Source of the DNA: a virus
Lineage: Duplodnaviria; Heunggongvirae; Uroviricota; Caudoviricetes
Strand: one strand, 5' to 3'
IMG/VR virus record: IMGVR_UViG_3300011008_000020
DNA: 64,000 nt
Within the stretch, counting starts at the first letter, position 1; the number at the start of each line of letters is the position of its first letter. Below are positions 55,610-63,924 of this stretch, piece after piece. The notes under the pieces were generated by a model. It saw only the letters and a program-made list of their open reading frames with translations, had not been told where the DNA came from and did not search any database. Position numbers and translations under genes: made by a program.

Positions 55610-57592
55610 TTATTCGGTGAGCATGAGCTGGGTCTGCACGTCAATCAGGTAATCGTCACGATTGGCGACGATCTTCTCGTAGGCCTCCCGGCCTTGGAAC
55701 TCGTCCACGACCCTGCGGCTTTCATCGTCCATCTCGTCATAGCTGACGTTGCCGTAGGACGGCGGCAACCATGCCTTATTGCGCCCGACGTAGATGTTCA
55801 AGCGATCAACAATCTTGCGGTCATGGAAGACGATGTGGCAGGTTCCCTTCTTGTAGAACGTGACGGTGAAGTATTTGCAGACGATGTTCTTTGTCTGTCC
55901 GCTGGTCGCCGCAGCACCGAGGACGCTGGTCAGGTCGCACTCGCCAGTCTCGCCCCTGTCCAGATAGTTGAATGCCTTTTCCAGATCGTCGAGGATGGCG
56001 AAGCAGGCGCGGGTGTCCAGCCCTTCCAGTATGTCGCGGTAGTTGCCGCGCTTGTCCGGCTTATACTTCCTTGCGAAGCACCCCCATGTCGGGATGATGC
56101 AGCGCATGTTGACATAATGGGCCTTGTTGGTTTTCCAGCCGTCGAAATAGTGGATGTTGCCATTCTTGAGGTTTTCGTCGAACGTGTGCTTGTCGGAGAG
56201 CATCTCGAAGCAGTGCAGGATTGCGCCCTCCACGCAGACTGTGAGCTGGCCCATGATGCGATTGAGCACCTGCTGGATGTTGAACCGGGAGAACTCGTAG
56301 TCCTTCATTTCGGTGATCAGCTCGTCATAGGCGCTTTTCATGGTCGCGGTCAGCTTGTTGCGGAGCATCGGGAGGGCAAACAGGTCATGCCAGAACTTCG
56401 AGCGCACCCGGCTCAGATACTTGTTCACGTCCTCCTCGTCACAGCGGCTTCCACAGTCGGAATTACCAATCGACAGCGTGATGATCGGGCTGTCAGAGCC
56501 GCTGCCGCAGATGTGGGGAGCCACGCCGTTGTAGGCACGCATGAGTGCGATTCCCGTGTCACAGGTCAGCTCATACTCCCGTAGCAGACGCTCGATGTTG
56601 TCAGACGGCGCGATGGCGTTCTTCACATCCGTCTCGAACTTCTGGGCCTGTGCCTTGCGCAGGTTCTCATAGATTCCATCATCGACGAAAGAGCGCGGGA
56701 TGGTCACGTTGATCAGCGCCACGTCCACCTTTGCCCGGCGCTGCGCTTTGGCGAAGGCGTTCTCCATGAACTTGATGCTCGCACCGGCTTCGGTCAGTTT
56801 CCGCAGAAGCAGCTTCCGGGTGTTGGTGTAGGGGTTGCGGATGGTCTCGGCGTTCAGAATGCACGCGATCTGCCCGCCGTGCTCGCACAGTTCCAGCGCG
56901 TGGAGCAGGTGCATGTCGCCGTCAGAGAAGGGCGGGTTCATAATATAGAGGTCGTAGCGCCTGCGGGTGTTGAACGTCAGGAAGTCGTCGTGGACGACGC
57001 GGTAGCCCTTCGACATGAGGATGGCTTGGAGGTTCGGGTCGATCTCGACGCAATCCACGTTCAGCTTGCCGTTCTCCGCGTAGTCGTACCTCGTGATGCG
57101 GCGATAGAAGCCGCGCTTGGCAGACCTCGCGTGTTCGATCAGGTCGCCCTTACCGGCGCTCGGCTCCAACACAGTCTCGACGCCACGCCACGTCACACCG
57201 GCCAGCAGCTTGCCCGCAACGTTCGACGGCGTTGGGTAGAAGTCGGCGTCGATGGACGGCAGGTAGGCCACGGGCGCTTGCCGGGCCTGCCGGGCGGTGT
57301 GCGCTTTGTAGTAGGCCTCCGCATGCTTCGTCAGCGCGACCTTGGCAGCGTAGAGGGTGTTGGTCGGCTTCTCGGTGTAGTGGATGTAGGACAGTCGCCT
57401 CCCGCCGTCGTAGCGCTGGTCGTCCTCATACACCTGTATGCTGTAATGAGAGCGACTGTAGGAGGGCGAATCGTTGTAGTCGATGCGGCCCACGCGCACG
57501 CCATGGAGGAAGCACGCCCAGCGCTGATTTGGTATCGGGTGGTCAGAGGGTTCCAGCATCGAAAGGTCGTAGAGCTGGATGTGGTCGGTCAT
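55610..57592 (-). CDS. N6-adenine DNA methyltransferase (NPPF) with large C-terminal domain
   Basis: Motif I LEPSAGKGDL; motif IV DLYIMNPPF; RBS CAGGAGG then MTDHIQLYD. Confidence 0.8.
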   Translation of the reverse strand: MTDHIQLYDLSMLEPSDHPIPNQRWACFLHGVRVGRIDYNDSPSYSRSHYSIQVYEDDQRYDGGRRLSYIHYTEKPTNTLYAAKVALTKHAEAYYKAHTARQARQAPVAYLPSIDADFYPTPSNVAGKLLAGVTWRGVETVLEPSAGKGDLIEHARSAKRGFYRRITRYDYAENGKLNVDCVEIDPNLQAILMSKGYRVVHDDFLTFNTRRRYDLYIMNPPFSDGDMHLLHALELCEHGGQIACILNAETIRNPYTNTRKLLLRKLTEAGASIKFMENAFAKAQRRAKVDVALINVTIPRSFVDDGIYENLRKAQAQKFETDVKNAIAPSDNIERLLREYELTCDTGIALMRAYNGVAPHICGSGSDSPIITLSIGNSDCGSRCDEEDVNKYLSRVRSKFWHDLFALPMLRNKLTATMKSAYDELITEMKDYEFSRFNIQQVLNRIMGQLTVCVEGAILHCFEMLSDKHTFDENLKNGNIHYFDGWKTNKAHYVNMRCIIPTWGCFARKYKPDKRGNYRDILEGLDTRACFAILDDLEKAFNYLDRGETGECDLTSVLGAAATSGQTKNIVCKYFTVTFYKKGTCHIVFHDRKIVDRLNIYVGRNKAWLPPSYGNVSYDEMDDESRRVVDEFQGREAYEKIVANRDDYLIDVQTQLMLTE

Positions 57593-57612
57593 GCGTTCAT
57601 CGCCTCCTGTTT

Positions 57613-57861
57613 CTATTTGTTGACGGCCTGCCAGAGCAGGTCTTCCAGATTGTTCATGGCGCACTTGGCCTTGATCAGTTCCAAGTCCGGGATGCTGTCC
57701 AGCATGTCCTTCGTTTTCTTGACCATGTTATAGACCTCGCCAACGGTCGGCCTCGTGTGCTGGACGGCGGGTGCCGGGCGCTGCGGCTGCTTCTTCTTCG
57801 CCGCAGGCTTGCGCTTGCGCGACTTCTTCTTGAATATTCCGAACATCCTCTCGTTCTCCAT
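57613..57861 (-). CDS. basic hypothetical protein
   Basis: 82 aa; K/R-rich. Confidence 0.45.
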   Translation of the reverse strand: MENERMFGIFKKKSRKRKPAAKKKQPQRPAPAVQHTRPTVGEVYNMVKKTKDMLDSIPDLELIKAKCAMNNLEDLLWQAVNK

Positions 57862-58338
57862 TTACAGGTTGTGCTTCTCGGCGTAGATTTGCAGGGCGTC
57901 AATGACAGCCTTGAGGCTTCCCAGCTTTTTCGCCACGTTCTGGAACGCAGTAACTTCATCCGGCCTCACGCGGCCATCCGACGCGATCTGCAGCAGGGCC
58001 TTTGCCACGTCGCCCACGCCCTGCGCTTCGTTGAACAGCTTGATGGCCGTCCGCTCGAAGCACTCGTCCTGTACCGGGTTCACGCGGCCACAGCCGATAG
58101 GGCAGATCATGGCGCAGTAACTCGTCAGCAGTTCCGGCGTGTTGTAGAGCTGCGCCATGCGCCGTGCGTTGATGTTGCTCGGCAGCACCTCGTCACGTTC
58201 CCACCGCCCGATGGTCTCCGGCGAGGAGACTTCCAGCGCCTCCGCCGCACCCTGCTGGGTCGCCAGCTTCTCGTTGTAGGCCGCAGCGTTCAAACGCGCT
58301 TCTCGGAGTTGTTCTCCAAAGGTTTTTCCAACATTCAA
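57862..58338 (-). CDS. XRE-family HTH regulator with C-terminal domain
   Basis: N-terminal FGEQLREARLNAA...LATQQGAAEALEVSSPETIGRWERDEVLPS. Confidence 0.6.
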   Translation of the reverse strand: MNVGKTFGEQLREARLNAAAYNEKLATQQGAAEALEVSSPETIGRWERDEVLPSNINARRMAQLYNTPELLTSYCAMICPIGCGRVNPVQDECFERTAIKLFNEAQGVGDVAKALLQIASDGRVRPDEVTAFQNVAKKLGSLKAVIDALQIYAEKHNL

Positions 58339-58351
58339 AATCCTTCACCTC

Positions 58352-58609
58352 TCACTCGGTCTGTGCTACAATAACTTCACGGTGCTTGAATGCGTCGCGT
58401 TCAACGTCGAAGAACTCGACGGGGAATCCCAGCAGCGCGGAGAGCCGCCCGGCGACCTTCTTTGAAGGGTTGCGCTTGCCATACTCGATGTTCTGGTAAT
58501 GGTCAAGGCTGATGCCGACCGCCTGCGCCGCTTGGGTCTGGGTCATGTGCGCACCGTTTCGGAGGGCGCGAAGCCAAACCCGCTTGCTTGATTCGGTCAA
58601 TAAAATGTC
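58352..58609 (-). CDS. Cro-like XRE-family repressor (TTG start)
   Basis: RBS AAGGGGGTGA; LRALRNGAHMTQTQAAQAVGISLDHYQNIEYGKRNPS is an HTH_XRE motif. Confidence 0.65.
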   Translation of the reverse strand, partial: DILLTESSKRVWLRALRNGAHMTQTQAAQAVGISLDHYQNIEYGKRNPSKKVAGRLSALLGFPVEFFDVERDAFKHREVIVAQTE

Positions 58610-58740
58610 ACCCCCTTGTCGTTGCACTCGGCTGAAATTGACGGTATAATGGAAGTTGGGTTTTTAGCACTGATTCGCAATCTTGCGCGGTTTGCGCCGT
58701 TTGCGTGTTCCGTGGAATACCGTCAAGCTGTTATGGGGAC

Positions 58741-58769
58741 AGTATAATCCACAAATGTAGTTTTGTCAA
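58741..58769 (-). promoter_or_regulatory. cro-type promoter TTGACA-17-TATACT with CAAATGTAG operator repeats
   Basis: CAAATGTAG at 58752-58760 and 58774-58782, in the divergent region between the cro-like and cI-like genes. Confidence 0.6.
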
Positions 58770-58810
58770 TACCAAATGTAGACTTTATTTTGCTTTTTGA
58801 GGTGTTGTGC

Positions 58811-59158
58811 ATGCGACTTGGAGAAAAGGTTCTATCGTTGCTTAAAGAACGAAGGGTGCAGCAAAATGAGTTTGCAAAGGCAATCGGCGTCAGTCCAAAG
58901 ACGGTTAGTTCATGGAAAGAGGAAAACAGAAACCCTTCTTGGGATTTAATAGTCCCTATATGTAGATTTCTGGAAATGACGCCGAATGAACTACTTGAAT
59001 TTGAAGGGCGTTCTTTCGATGTCGAGGAAAGGGAAGAAGGTTTGTTGAAGCGCTATAGATGCCTTGACTTCGGCGGAAAAGCACGTGTCGATGCCTATGT
59101 AGACGGGGAGTATCAAAAAGCACGTTTGGAGGGGGATAGCACAAAGACAGCGACATAG
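58811..59158 (+). CDS. CI-like XRE-family repressor
   Basis: MRLGEKVLSLLKERRVQQNEFAKAIGVSPKTVSSWKEENRNPS. Confidence 0.65.
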   Translation: MRLGEKVLSLLKERRVQQNEFAKAIGVSPKTVSSWKEENRNPSWDLIVPICRFLEMTPNELLEFEGRSFDVEEREEGLLKRYRCLDFGGKARVDAYVDGEYQKARLEGDSTKTAT

Positions 59159-59214
59159 AGAACCGATATTCGGCAACGTATACCCCATTCGACCACGTTA
59201 AGGAGGAAGCTACA

Positions 59215-60174
59215 ATGAAAAAAGTCATTACAATCGTCATTACTTTGGCTCTGCTGATTTGCTGCGCAACACAGGCTGTTGCGGAGGATGCGTATGTAGG
59301 CGCTACCCCTTATGACTTCACCGGGGAATGTCCAGAACAGGTGTTGGAGTTTTGCGCAGAGGGCGGTTCTGCTCTCTATGAGTGGCTTGGTGTTCGCACT
59401 GTCACCTACATCGTTCCTTCCTGTGAGGGACTGGCTGCGGAAAGCTATGCGGCCATCATCAGCGGCATCACCGAGCGCTTGGTCGGAGAGACAGAGAAGG
59501 AAATGATCATTCTTGCCGACGCAGAGTTGAACCAGATTTATGTGCTGCGCGGGGAAGAATATGCGCGGTACTTCACGGAGGAAGATGCGGAGAAGTGCAT
59601 CGTTGCATCGCACGTTGAGCAGCGGAACAACATTTACGATAGCGTTACCGCGTTCTACAAGGCGATGGGCCAAGTGCTCGTTGAAAAGGAGAACGAGATC
59701 GAAGCAGCGCGAGCTTCGGAGGCTGCGGAGGAGGCGAACGACCCGTTCTATGCGGAGTTGTCCGCACAGCCGGTCTATATAAGAAGCGCCAGCCTGATCG
59801 TCCAGTCGGATGAGTACAAATCACTCTATCCAGATCTGCTTCAAGCGACCATCGTCAACAATTCCGAGGACGATGTGAAGGATGTGGTGGTTGCGTTTAT
59901 GGCATGGGACGCCAACAACCTGCCCGTGCTGATTAAGACGCAGTTCGATTTCAGCGCTGGTGCATACGTCAAGCAAGGAAACTACACCGGCGTGAACATG
60001 GTGCCGGGCAGCACGTATGGCGATAACTTCGGCTTTAAGCTGGACGAATCCGTGAAGGGCGTCGCCACAGTCAAGGCCATCGTGGTATCATACGAGACTT
60101 TCGATGGGGAAACGTGGACAAATCCACTGTATGACCAATATGTAGGACAATATGAAGGGAAGAAATTGCAGTAA
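59215..60174 (+). CDS. secreted/lipoprotein moron (DUF4352/DUF5067-like beta-sandwich C-terminus)
   Basis: Signal peptide MKKVITIVITLALLICCATQAVA; RBS AAGGAGG. Confidence 0.6.
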   Translation: MKKVITIVITLALLICCATQAVAEDAYVGATPYDFTGECPEQVLEFCAEGGSALYEWLGVRTVTYIVPSCEGLAAESYAAIISGITERLVGETEKEMIILADAELNQIYVLRGEEYARYFTEEDAEKCIVASHVEQRNNIYDSVTAFYKAMGQVLVEKENEIEAARASEAAEEANDPFYAELSAQPVYIRSASLIVQSDEYKSLYPDLLQATIVNNSEDDVKDVVVAFMAWDANNLPVLIKTQFDFSAGAYVKQGNYTGVNMVPGSTYGDNFGFKLDESVKGVATVKAIVVSYETFDGETWTNPLYDQYVGQYEGKKLQ

Positions 60175-60182
60175 ACTTCCCG

Positions 60183-60440
60183 TCAGCGTTCGGCCAGCGT
60201 TTTCCTGCCGAACTCCCGGATGTAGGGGTTGCCGGGCACTCTCGGCTCCTCGGTGCTTTCAAAGAGGCTGTCCTCCGTTTCGTGCAGCGCCATCTTGATC
60301 GCCAGCACGATTCGGTAGGACGGGTTCTTGGCGCCGCACTCGATTTGCGAGTAGTAGCTGCGAGACACTCCCAGTGTGAGCGCGATGTCGCTCTGCGTCA
60401 AACCGGCGCGGCGTCGCGCATCCCTCAATTTGGTTCTCAT
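60183..60440 (-). CDS. XRE-family HTH regulator
   Basis: RBS GGGAGGTGATACA then MRTKLRDARRRAGLTQSDIALTLGVSRSYYSQIECGAKNPS. Confidence 0.65.
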   Translation of the reverse strand: MRTKLRDARRRAGLTQSDIALTLGVSRSYYSQIECGAKNPSYRIVLAIKMALHETEDSLFESTEEPRVPGNPYIREFGRKTLAER

Positions 60441-60480
60441 TGTATCACCTCCCGCTTCATATAGAAGCATTTTTTAGACT

Positions 60481-60510
60481 ATTATAGACGCAGATGGTGT
60501 CATCTGTCAA
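60481..60510 (-). promoter_or_regulatory. consensus sigma-A promoter TTGACA-18-TATAAT (family member 5) with palindromic operator
   Basis: Minus strand reads TTGACAGATGACACCATCTGCGTCTATAAT; palindrome CAGATGGTGTCATCTG at 60491-60506. Confidence 0.65.
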
Positions 60511-60529
60511 CAGGAAGGAGTTTTGCATT

Positions 60530-60955
60530 ATGTCAATTTTCGGTGAGAGGCTGTATGAGGCCCGCAGGCGGCAGCGGATTACTCAAGGCGATCTGGCAGA
60601 TCGCGCAGGCGTCACCCGGTCGGCCATCGGTGGGTATGAGAAGATGGGAAAGGATGCCAGCTATGAAGTATTGGTGAAGATCGCGCAGGCACTCGGCGTG
60701 ACGACTGACTACCTGCTCGGCATGGACGACAATGCTGGCTGGCATAAGCGCACCGGCGTCGCCGAGAAGTTCTACGATCTTGAGCTTTACTATGACCGTG
60801 CGCCAGACGAGCAGAAAGCCACCATAGACAGCCTGCTCGTGGAGGTGGACAAGTTGCTCGCCTTCTTCCTCGCGTCGCCGGACACGGCGCGGCTGGGCCA
60901 TCTGCGTGACCTCCTCGCGGACGCCCGCAGGCTCATGGGTGATGGCAATGAGTGA
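60530..60955 (+). CDS. XRE-family HTH regulator with C-terminal domain
   Basis: RBS GGAAGGAG then MSIFGERLYEARRRQRITQGDLADRAGVTRSAIGGYE. Confidence 0.65.
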   Translation: MSIFGERLYEARRRQRITQGDLADRAGVTRSAIGGYEKMGKDASYEVLVKIAQALGVTTDYLLGMDDNAGWHKRTGVAEKFYDLELYYDRAPDEQKATIDSLLVEVDKLLAFFLASPDTARLGHLRDLLADARRLMGDGNE

Positions 60956-62138
60956 GAACAAGCCGTTCGTCGTCTACGGCGACTATGGGCGCGACAGCGA
61001 GGGCAAGCGCATCCGAAAGAAGTTCACCGGCGTGGACGAGGTGGAGGCCCGGTTGAAGAAGCGGGAGTATGAGAAGGAACGCGCCATTGGCCTGCACAAG
61101 TACGCCGACACCATGACGGTGCGCCAGTGGACGGACATCTGGATGAACGCCTACCGCTCCGAGATCAAGGGCACGAACAAGGTCTCCTATGACACATACG
61201 TCGGGCGGCTGAACGCAGAGATCGGCCACATGAAGATCAAGGATGTGCAGAACATCCACCTGTACCGATGCTTGTTGACCATGAAAGGAATGTCGAAGTC
61301 GTCCCTCACAAAGTACCGCATGGTGATTCAGCAGGTATTCCGAAAGGCCCGGCAGAACAAGGTGCTCCCGGACGACCCAAGTGAAGACCTCGAACTGCCG
61401 AACGGCACCAGCGGGACGCACCGGGCGCTTGAGAAGTGGGAGATCGACCTGATCTTCGAGAATTGGCAGGTCTATAACAGCGGCCTATGGGTGATGATTA
61501 TGCTGCTGGCCGGGCTTCGGCGCGGCGAGCTGGTGGCCCTCGACTGGGACTACGTGGACATGAAGGAGCGCAACATCGTCGTCGAGCGTGCCGCCGAGAT
61601 CGTGACGAATCAGGCCGTCATCAAGGATTCCGCCAAGACAGAGGCCGGGACGAGGGCGCTGCCGATCTGCGACAAGCTGTTCGATGCGCTGTCCACCGTG
61701 CCGGAGGCGGAGCGCAAGGGGCCGGTGTGCCACAGCAAGGGCGGCGTGCGCCTGACGCAATCCTCATATTCGTGGGGGATGCGCACCTTCAACCAAGCGA
61801 TGGAGCGGATTCTGAACGGCGAGCCGCCAATCCAGCAGGGACGCCGGAAGGATTGCGAGGACAAGAAGAAGGGCCAGAAGGAAAAGGAGGCGCAGGAGCG
61901 CAAGAGGTTTTCCATCCGTGGACACGATCTGCGGTTCACCTACGCGACCGCGCTCTACGACGCGGGGGTCGATGTCAAATCTGCCATGTACTACCTCGGC
62001 CACAGCGACATCCGCATGACAATGAGCCTATACACTCAGCTTTCAAAGGAACGCGAGAACCTGTCCCGCGCACAGGCGATCACCTTCCTCGACAACTGGC
62101 TGAAACCCAAGAACGACGACGAAAAAGACGAAGATTGA
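60948..62138 (+). CDS. int: tyrosine-type site-specific integrase
   Basis: Catalytic residues R (LRRGELVALDW), H-x-x-R (HDLRFTYA) and Y (SLYTQL); overlaps the upstream gene's stop. Confidence 0.9.
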   Translation: MSENKPFVVYGDYGRDSEGKRIRKKFTGVDEVEARLKKREYEKERAIGLHKYADTMTVRQWTDIWMNAYRSEIKGTNKVSYDTYVGRLNAEIGHMKIKDVQNIHLYRCLLTMKGMSKSSLTKYRMVIQQVFRKARQNKVLPDDPSEDLELPNGTSGTHRALEKWEIDLIFENWQVYNSGLWVMIMLLAGLRRGELVALDWDYVDMKERNIVVERAAEIVTNQAVIKDSAKTEAGTRALPICDKLFDALSTVPEAERKGPVCHSKGGVRLTQSSYSWGMRTFNQAMERILNGEPPIQQGRRKDCEDKKKGQKEKEAQERKRFSIRGHDLRFTYATALYDAGVDVKSAMYYLGHSDIRMTMSLYTQLSKERENLSRAQAITFLDNWLKPKNDDEKDED

Positions 62139-62142
62139 CCTT

Positions 62143-62169
62143 CCCGCCTGCATGGCGGGAATTTTTTTG
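62143..62169 (+). terminator. rho-independent terminator after int
   Basis: CCCGCC-tgcat-GGCGGG then AATTTTTTTG. Confidence 0.7.
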
Positions 62170-62202
62170 TGTAAAAATCCACTATTGGTGTCAATTTTCA
62201 TC

Positions 62203-62231
62203 TTGACAATGTTGCCATTAGTTGCTATAAT
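62203..62231 (+). promoter_or_regulatory. consensus sigma-A promoter TTGACA-17-TATAAT (plus-strand family member)
   Basis: CTTGACAATGTTGCCATTAGTTGCTATAATGG; TGGTGTCAAT motif at 62187-62196. Confidence 0.65.
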
Positions 62232-62264
62232 GGATTTGAAAATGACGCGAAGGGAGACAATCAC

Positions 62265-62777
62265 ATGAGCGCAGGCGACACGCGGCAGCAGATTCGAGCC
62301 ATGACGCTTGTCGCCCGGCAAGTACTCGGAGACGGCTTCGGCTATTACCTCACCCAGCGGCCACCCGCGCCCGGAGCGCATCCGAATGACGCGCACGCCG
62401 TCGTCTCGTTGGACGCGAAGATGTGGCATGACGGAATCTGTCAGGAGATTTGGGGCTGGGTTTGCTACCGGCGACAGCTCACCAACGCGGAGGTCGAAGA
62501 ATACGAGCTGCTCCCGGACGAGGACAACCCCGTGAGGTATCAACAATATGGCATCGTGCTGTATGAGCGTGTGAAGGACGCGGACGGGCGCTCAAGGATG
62601 CGGAAGACGCCGGTGACGGAAGGCGGCAGCAGAGGCGAGCGGTTCATCACCAGCTACAAGGGCAAGGCCTTCGCATTGATCGACTTCCTGAACAAGAAGG
62701 CGGGGGCGAAGCTGAATCTAAAGGTCGTCAAGCTGCCGCAGAATGGAACAACGGACGCAGCACCGACACGACAATGA
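62265..62777 (+). CDS. hypothetical protein (moron between int and the element boundary)
   Basis: RBS GAAGGGAGAC then MSAGDTRQQ; 170 aa. Confidence 0.55.
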   Translation: MSAGDTRQQIRAMTLVARQVLGDGFGYYLTQRPPAPGAHPNDAHAVVSLDAKMWHDGICQEIWGWVCYRRQLTNAEVEEYELLPDEDNPVRYQQYGIVLYERVKDADGRSRMRKTPVTEGGSRGERFITSYKGKAFALIDFLNKKAGAKLNLKVVKLPQNGTTDAAPTRQ

Positions 62778-63053
62778 TCGGAGGGCGAGTGAAGCGGCTC
62801 TGCAGTAGCTGCGACGCGGAGCGGTTCAAATCCGACACGTCCGGGAAGGTGCCGAGGGTGTTGCAGTCACCCATCGGCGCAGCCAACGAGGTTACGGGGA
62901 CTTTGAGGCTTAAACTGTAAGACAACCCGGTGGCAGCTCGGAAAGACGGCAGCGGGGCTTCACCGTGTGGATTGCCGGGAAGCACCTGCATCGGCTGGCC
63001 GGGTTGCCGCCCGGCTGGCCCTCCAAGAGTGCTGAGAGGAGGTGGAGGCGGTG

Positions 63054-63320
63054 ATGCTGTTCGGTGACAAGAATACATCGGAGCAGCCCATTGATGAACT
63101 GTGGAGCAGAGCCATTGAACTGCTCCGTGACGGGATTCAAACTCTCAAGGAACTGTTTGAGAGGTTGTATGAAGTATTCAAGGAGGCATGCCGTGTGTGT
63201 GCTCCGCTCCGCCCGCGTTCGTACCATAACGCGGTATGCGGTATCATGCGCACCATCTTCCTTTTCAAGCTACACCCTGCCGCGACCATGCGGTTTCACG
63301 TGGCGGCGACCGGCGATTAG
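63054..63320 (+). CDS. small hypothetical protein
   Basis: RBS AGAGGAGGTGG then MLFGDKNTSEQ. Confidence 0.4.
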   Translation: MLFGDKNTSEQPIDELWSRAIELLRDGIQTLKELFERLYEVFKEACRVCAPLRPRSYHNAVCGIMRTIFLFKLHPAATMRFHVAATGD

Positions 63321-63388
63321 ATGCGGCCCACATATTGAGCTCTGCCGAATGACCGGGCTGGACGATGGGTTATCCAGCCCGGAGTTAT

Positions 63389-63465
63389 GGGAAGGTACGC
63401 TAAGAGAACGCGGAGATCGGGGAGACACGATCTGATTGTTGGTTCAAACCCAACCCTTCTCACCA
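63389..63465 (+). other. tRNA-like element 1 (7-bp acceptor, T-arm, ACCA; aberrant 8-nt anticodon loop)
   Basis: GGGAAGG...GTTGG-TTCAAAC-CCAAC-CCTTCTC-A-CCA; anticodon stem AGATCG/CGATCT with loop GGGAGACA. Confidence 0.35.
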
Positions 63466-63625
63466 GTAGTGCGCGTCACTGTCGCGGCCTGATCACCCGC
63501 GCAGAAGCCTCCCTGTATCGGTAATGACGTTATGGAGCAGGGGTTCACCGTGCGAGTACGAGTGACCAACCGCAAGGCCCTTTTAGCACGGTTTGCGGGA
63601 CAGCCCGGAGAGACGGGCGATTTTC

Positions 63626-63707
63626 GGGAATGTAGCGTAATTTGGTAACGCACACAGGCGGTGCACCTAACCTGCGGTTGTCGGTTCGAATCCGAACATT
63701 CCCACCA
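63626..63707 (+). other. tRNA-like element 2 (7-bp acceptor, D-arm, T-arm GGTTCGAATCC, ACCA; no canonical anticodon arm)
   Basis: GGGAATG/CATTCCC acceptor; D-stem GCGT/ACGC; variable-arm-like AACC-tgc-GGTT. Confidence 0.35.
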
Positions 63708-63924
63708 ACACGCGGGGTCGCGCCCCTCCGTATGATGTGCCCGACAACCAGCCGGGCCGCGAGCCGGACGGATTACAGACCGATAGTAACTGCGACACGA
63801 CGGAGAGTGACGCCGTACAGCCCACAGCGAGAGGGCGGCTTGGCTGCGGCCAACGGAAGCAAAAAGCAAGCCGAAAAACGTAGCCCCGTCTTTCAATCAA
63901 TCGACCATTCACAAAGGAGGAAGC

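Noticed and set aside
62780-63053. Known riboswitch in the GC-rich leader (TPP, SAM-I, c-di-GMP, cobalamin)
   Set aside because: Partial word matches only (CTGAGA; GAGAGGAGGTGGAGG, which is more likely just the RBS). A covariance-model search is needed before any call.
63300-63710. tmRNA (ssrA) as the integration target
   Set aside because: tRNA-like 3' ends with ACCA are present. However, no tag-peptide reading frame ending in ALAA-stop was found, and the 5' acceptor strands lie only ~75 nt upstream rather than ~350 nt.
63444-63896. 150-aa minus-strand ORF across the tRNA-like elements
   Set aside because: It contains the GFEPT/CSDSNRQPQ peptides typical of translating tRNA T-arm sequence. 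The region is better explained as structured RNA.
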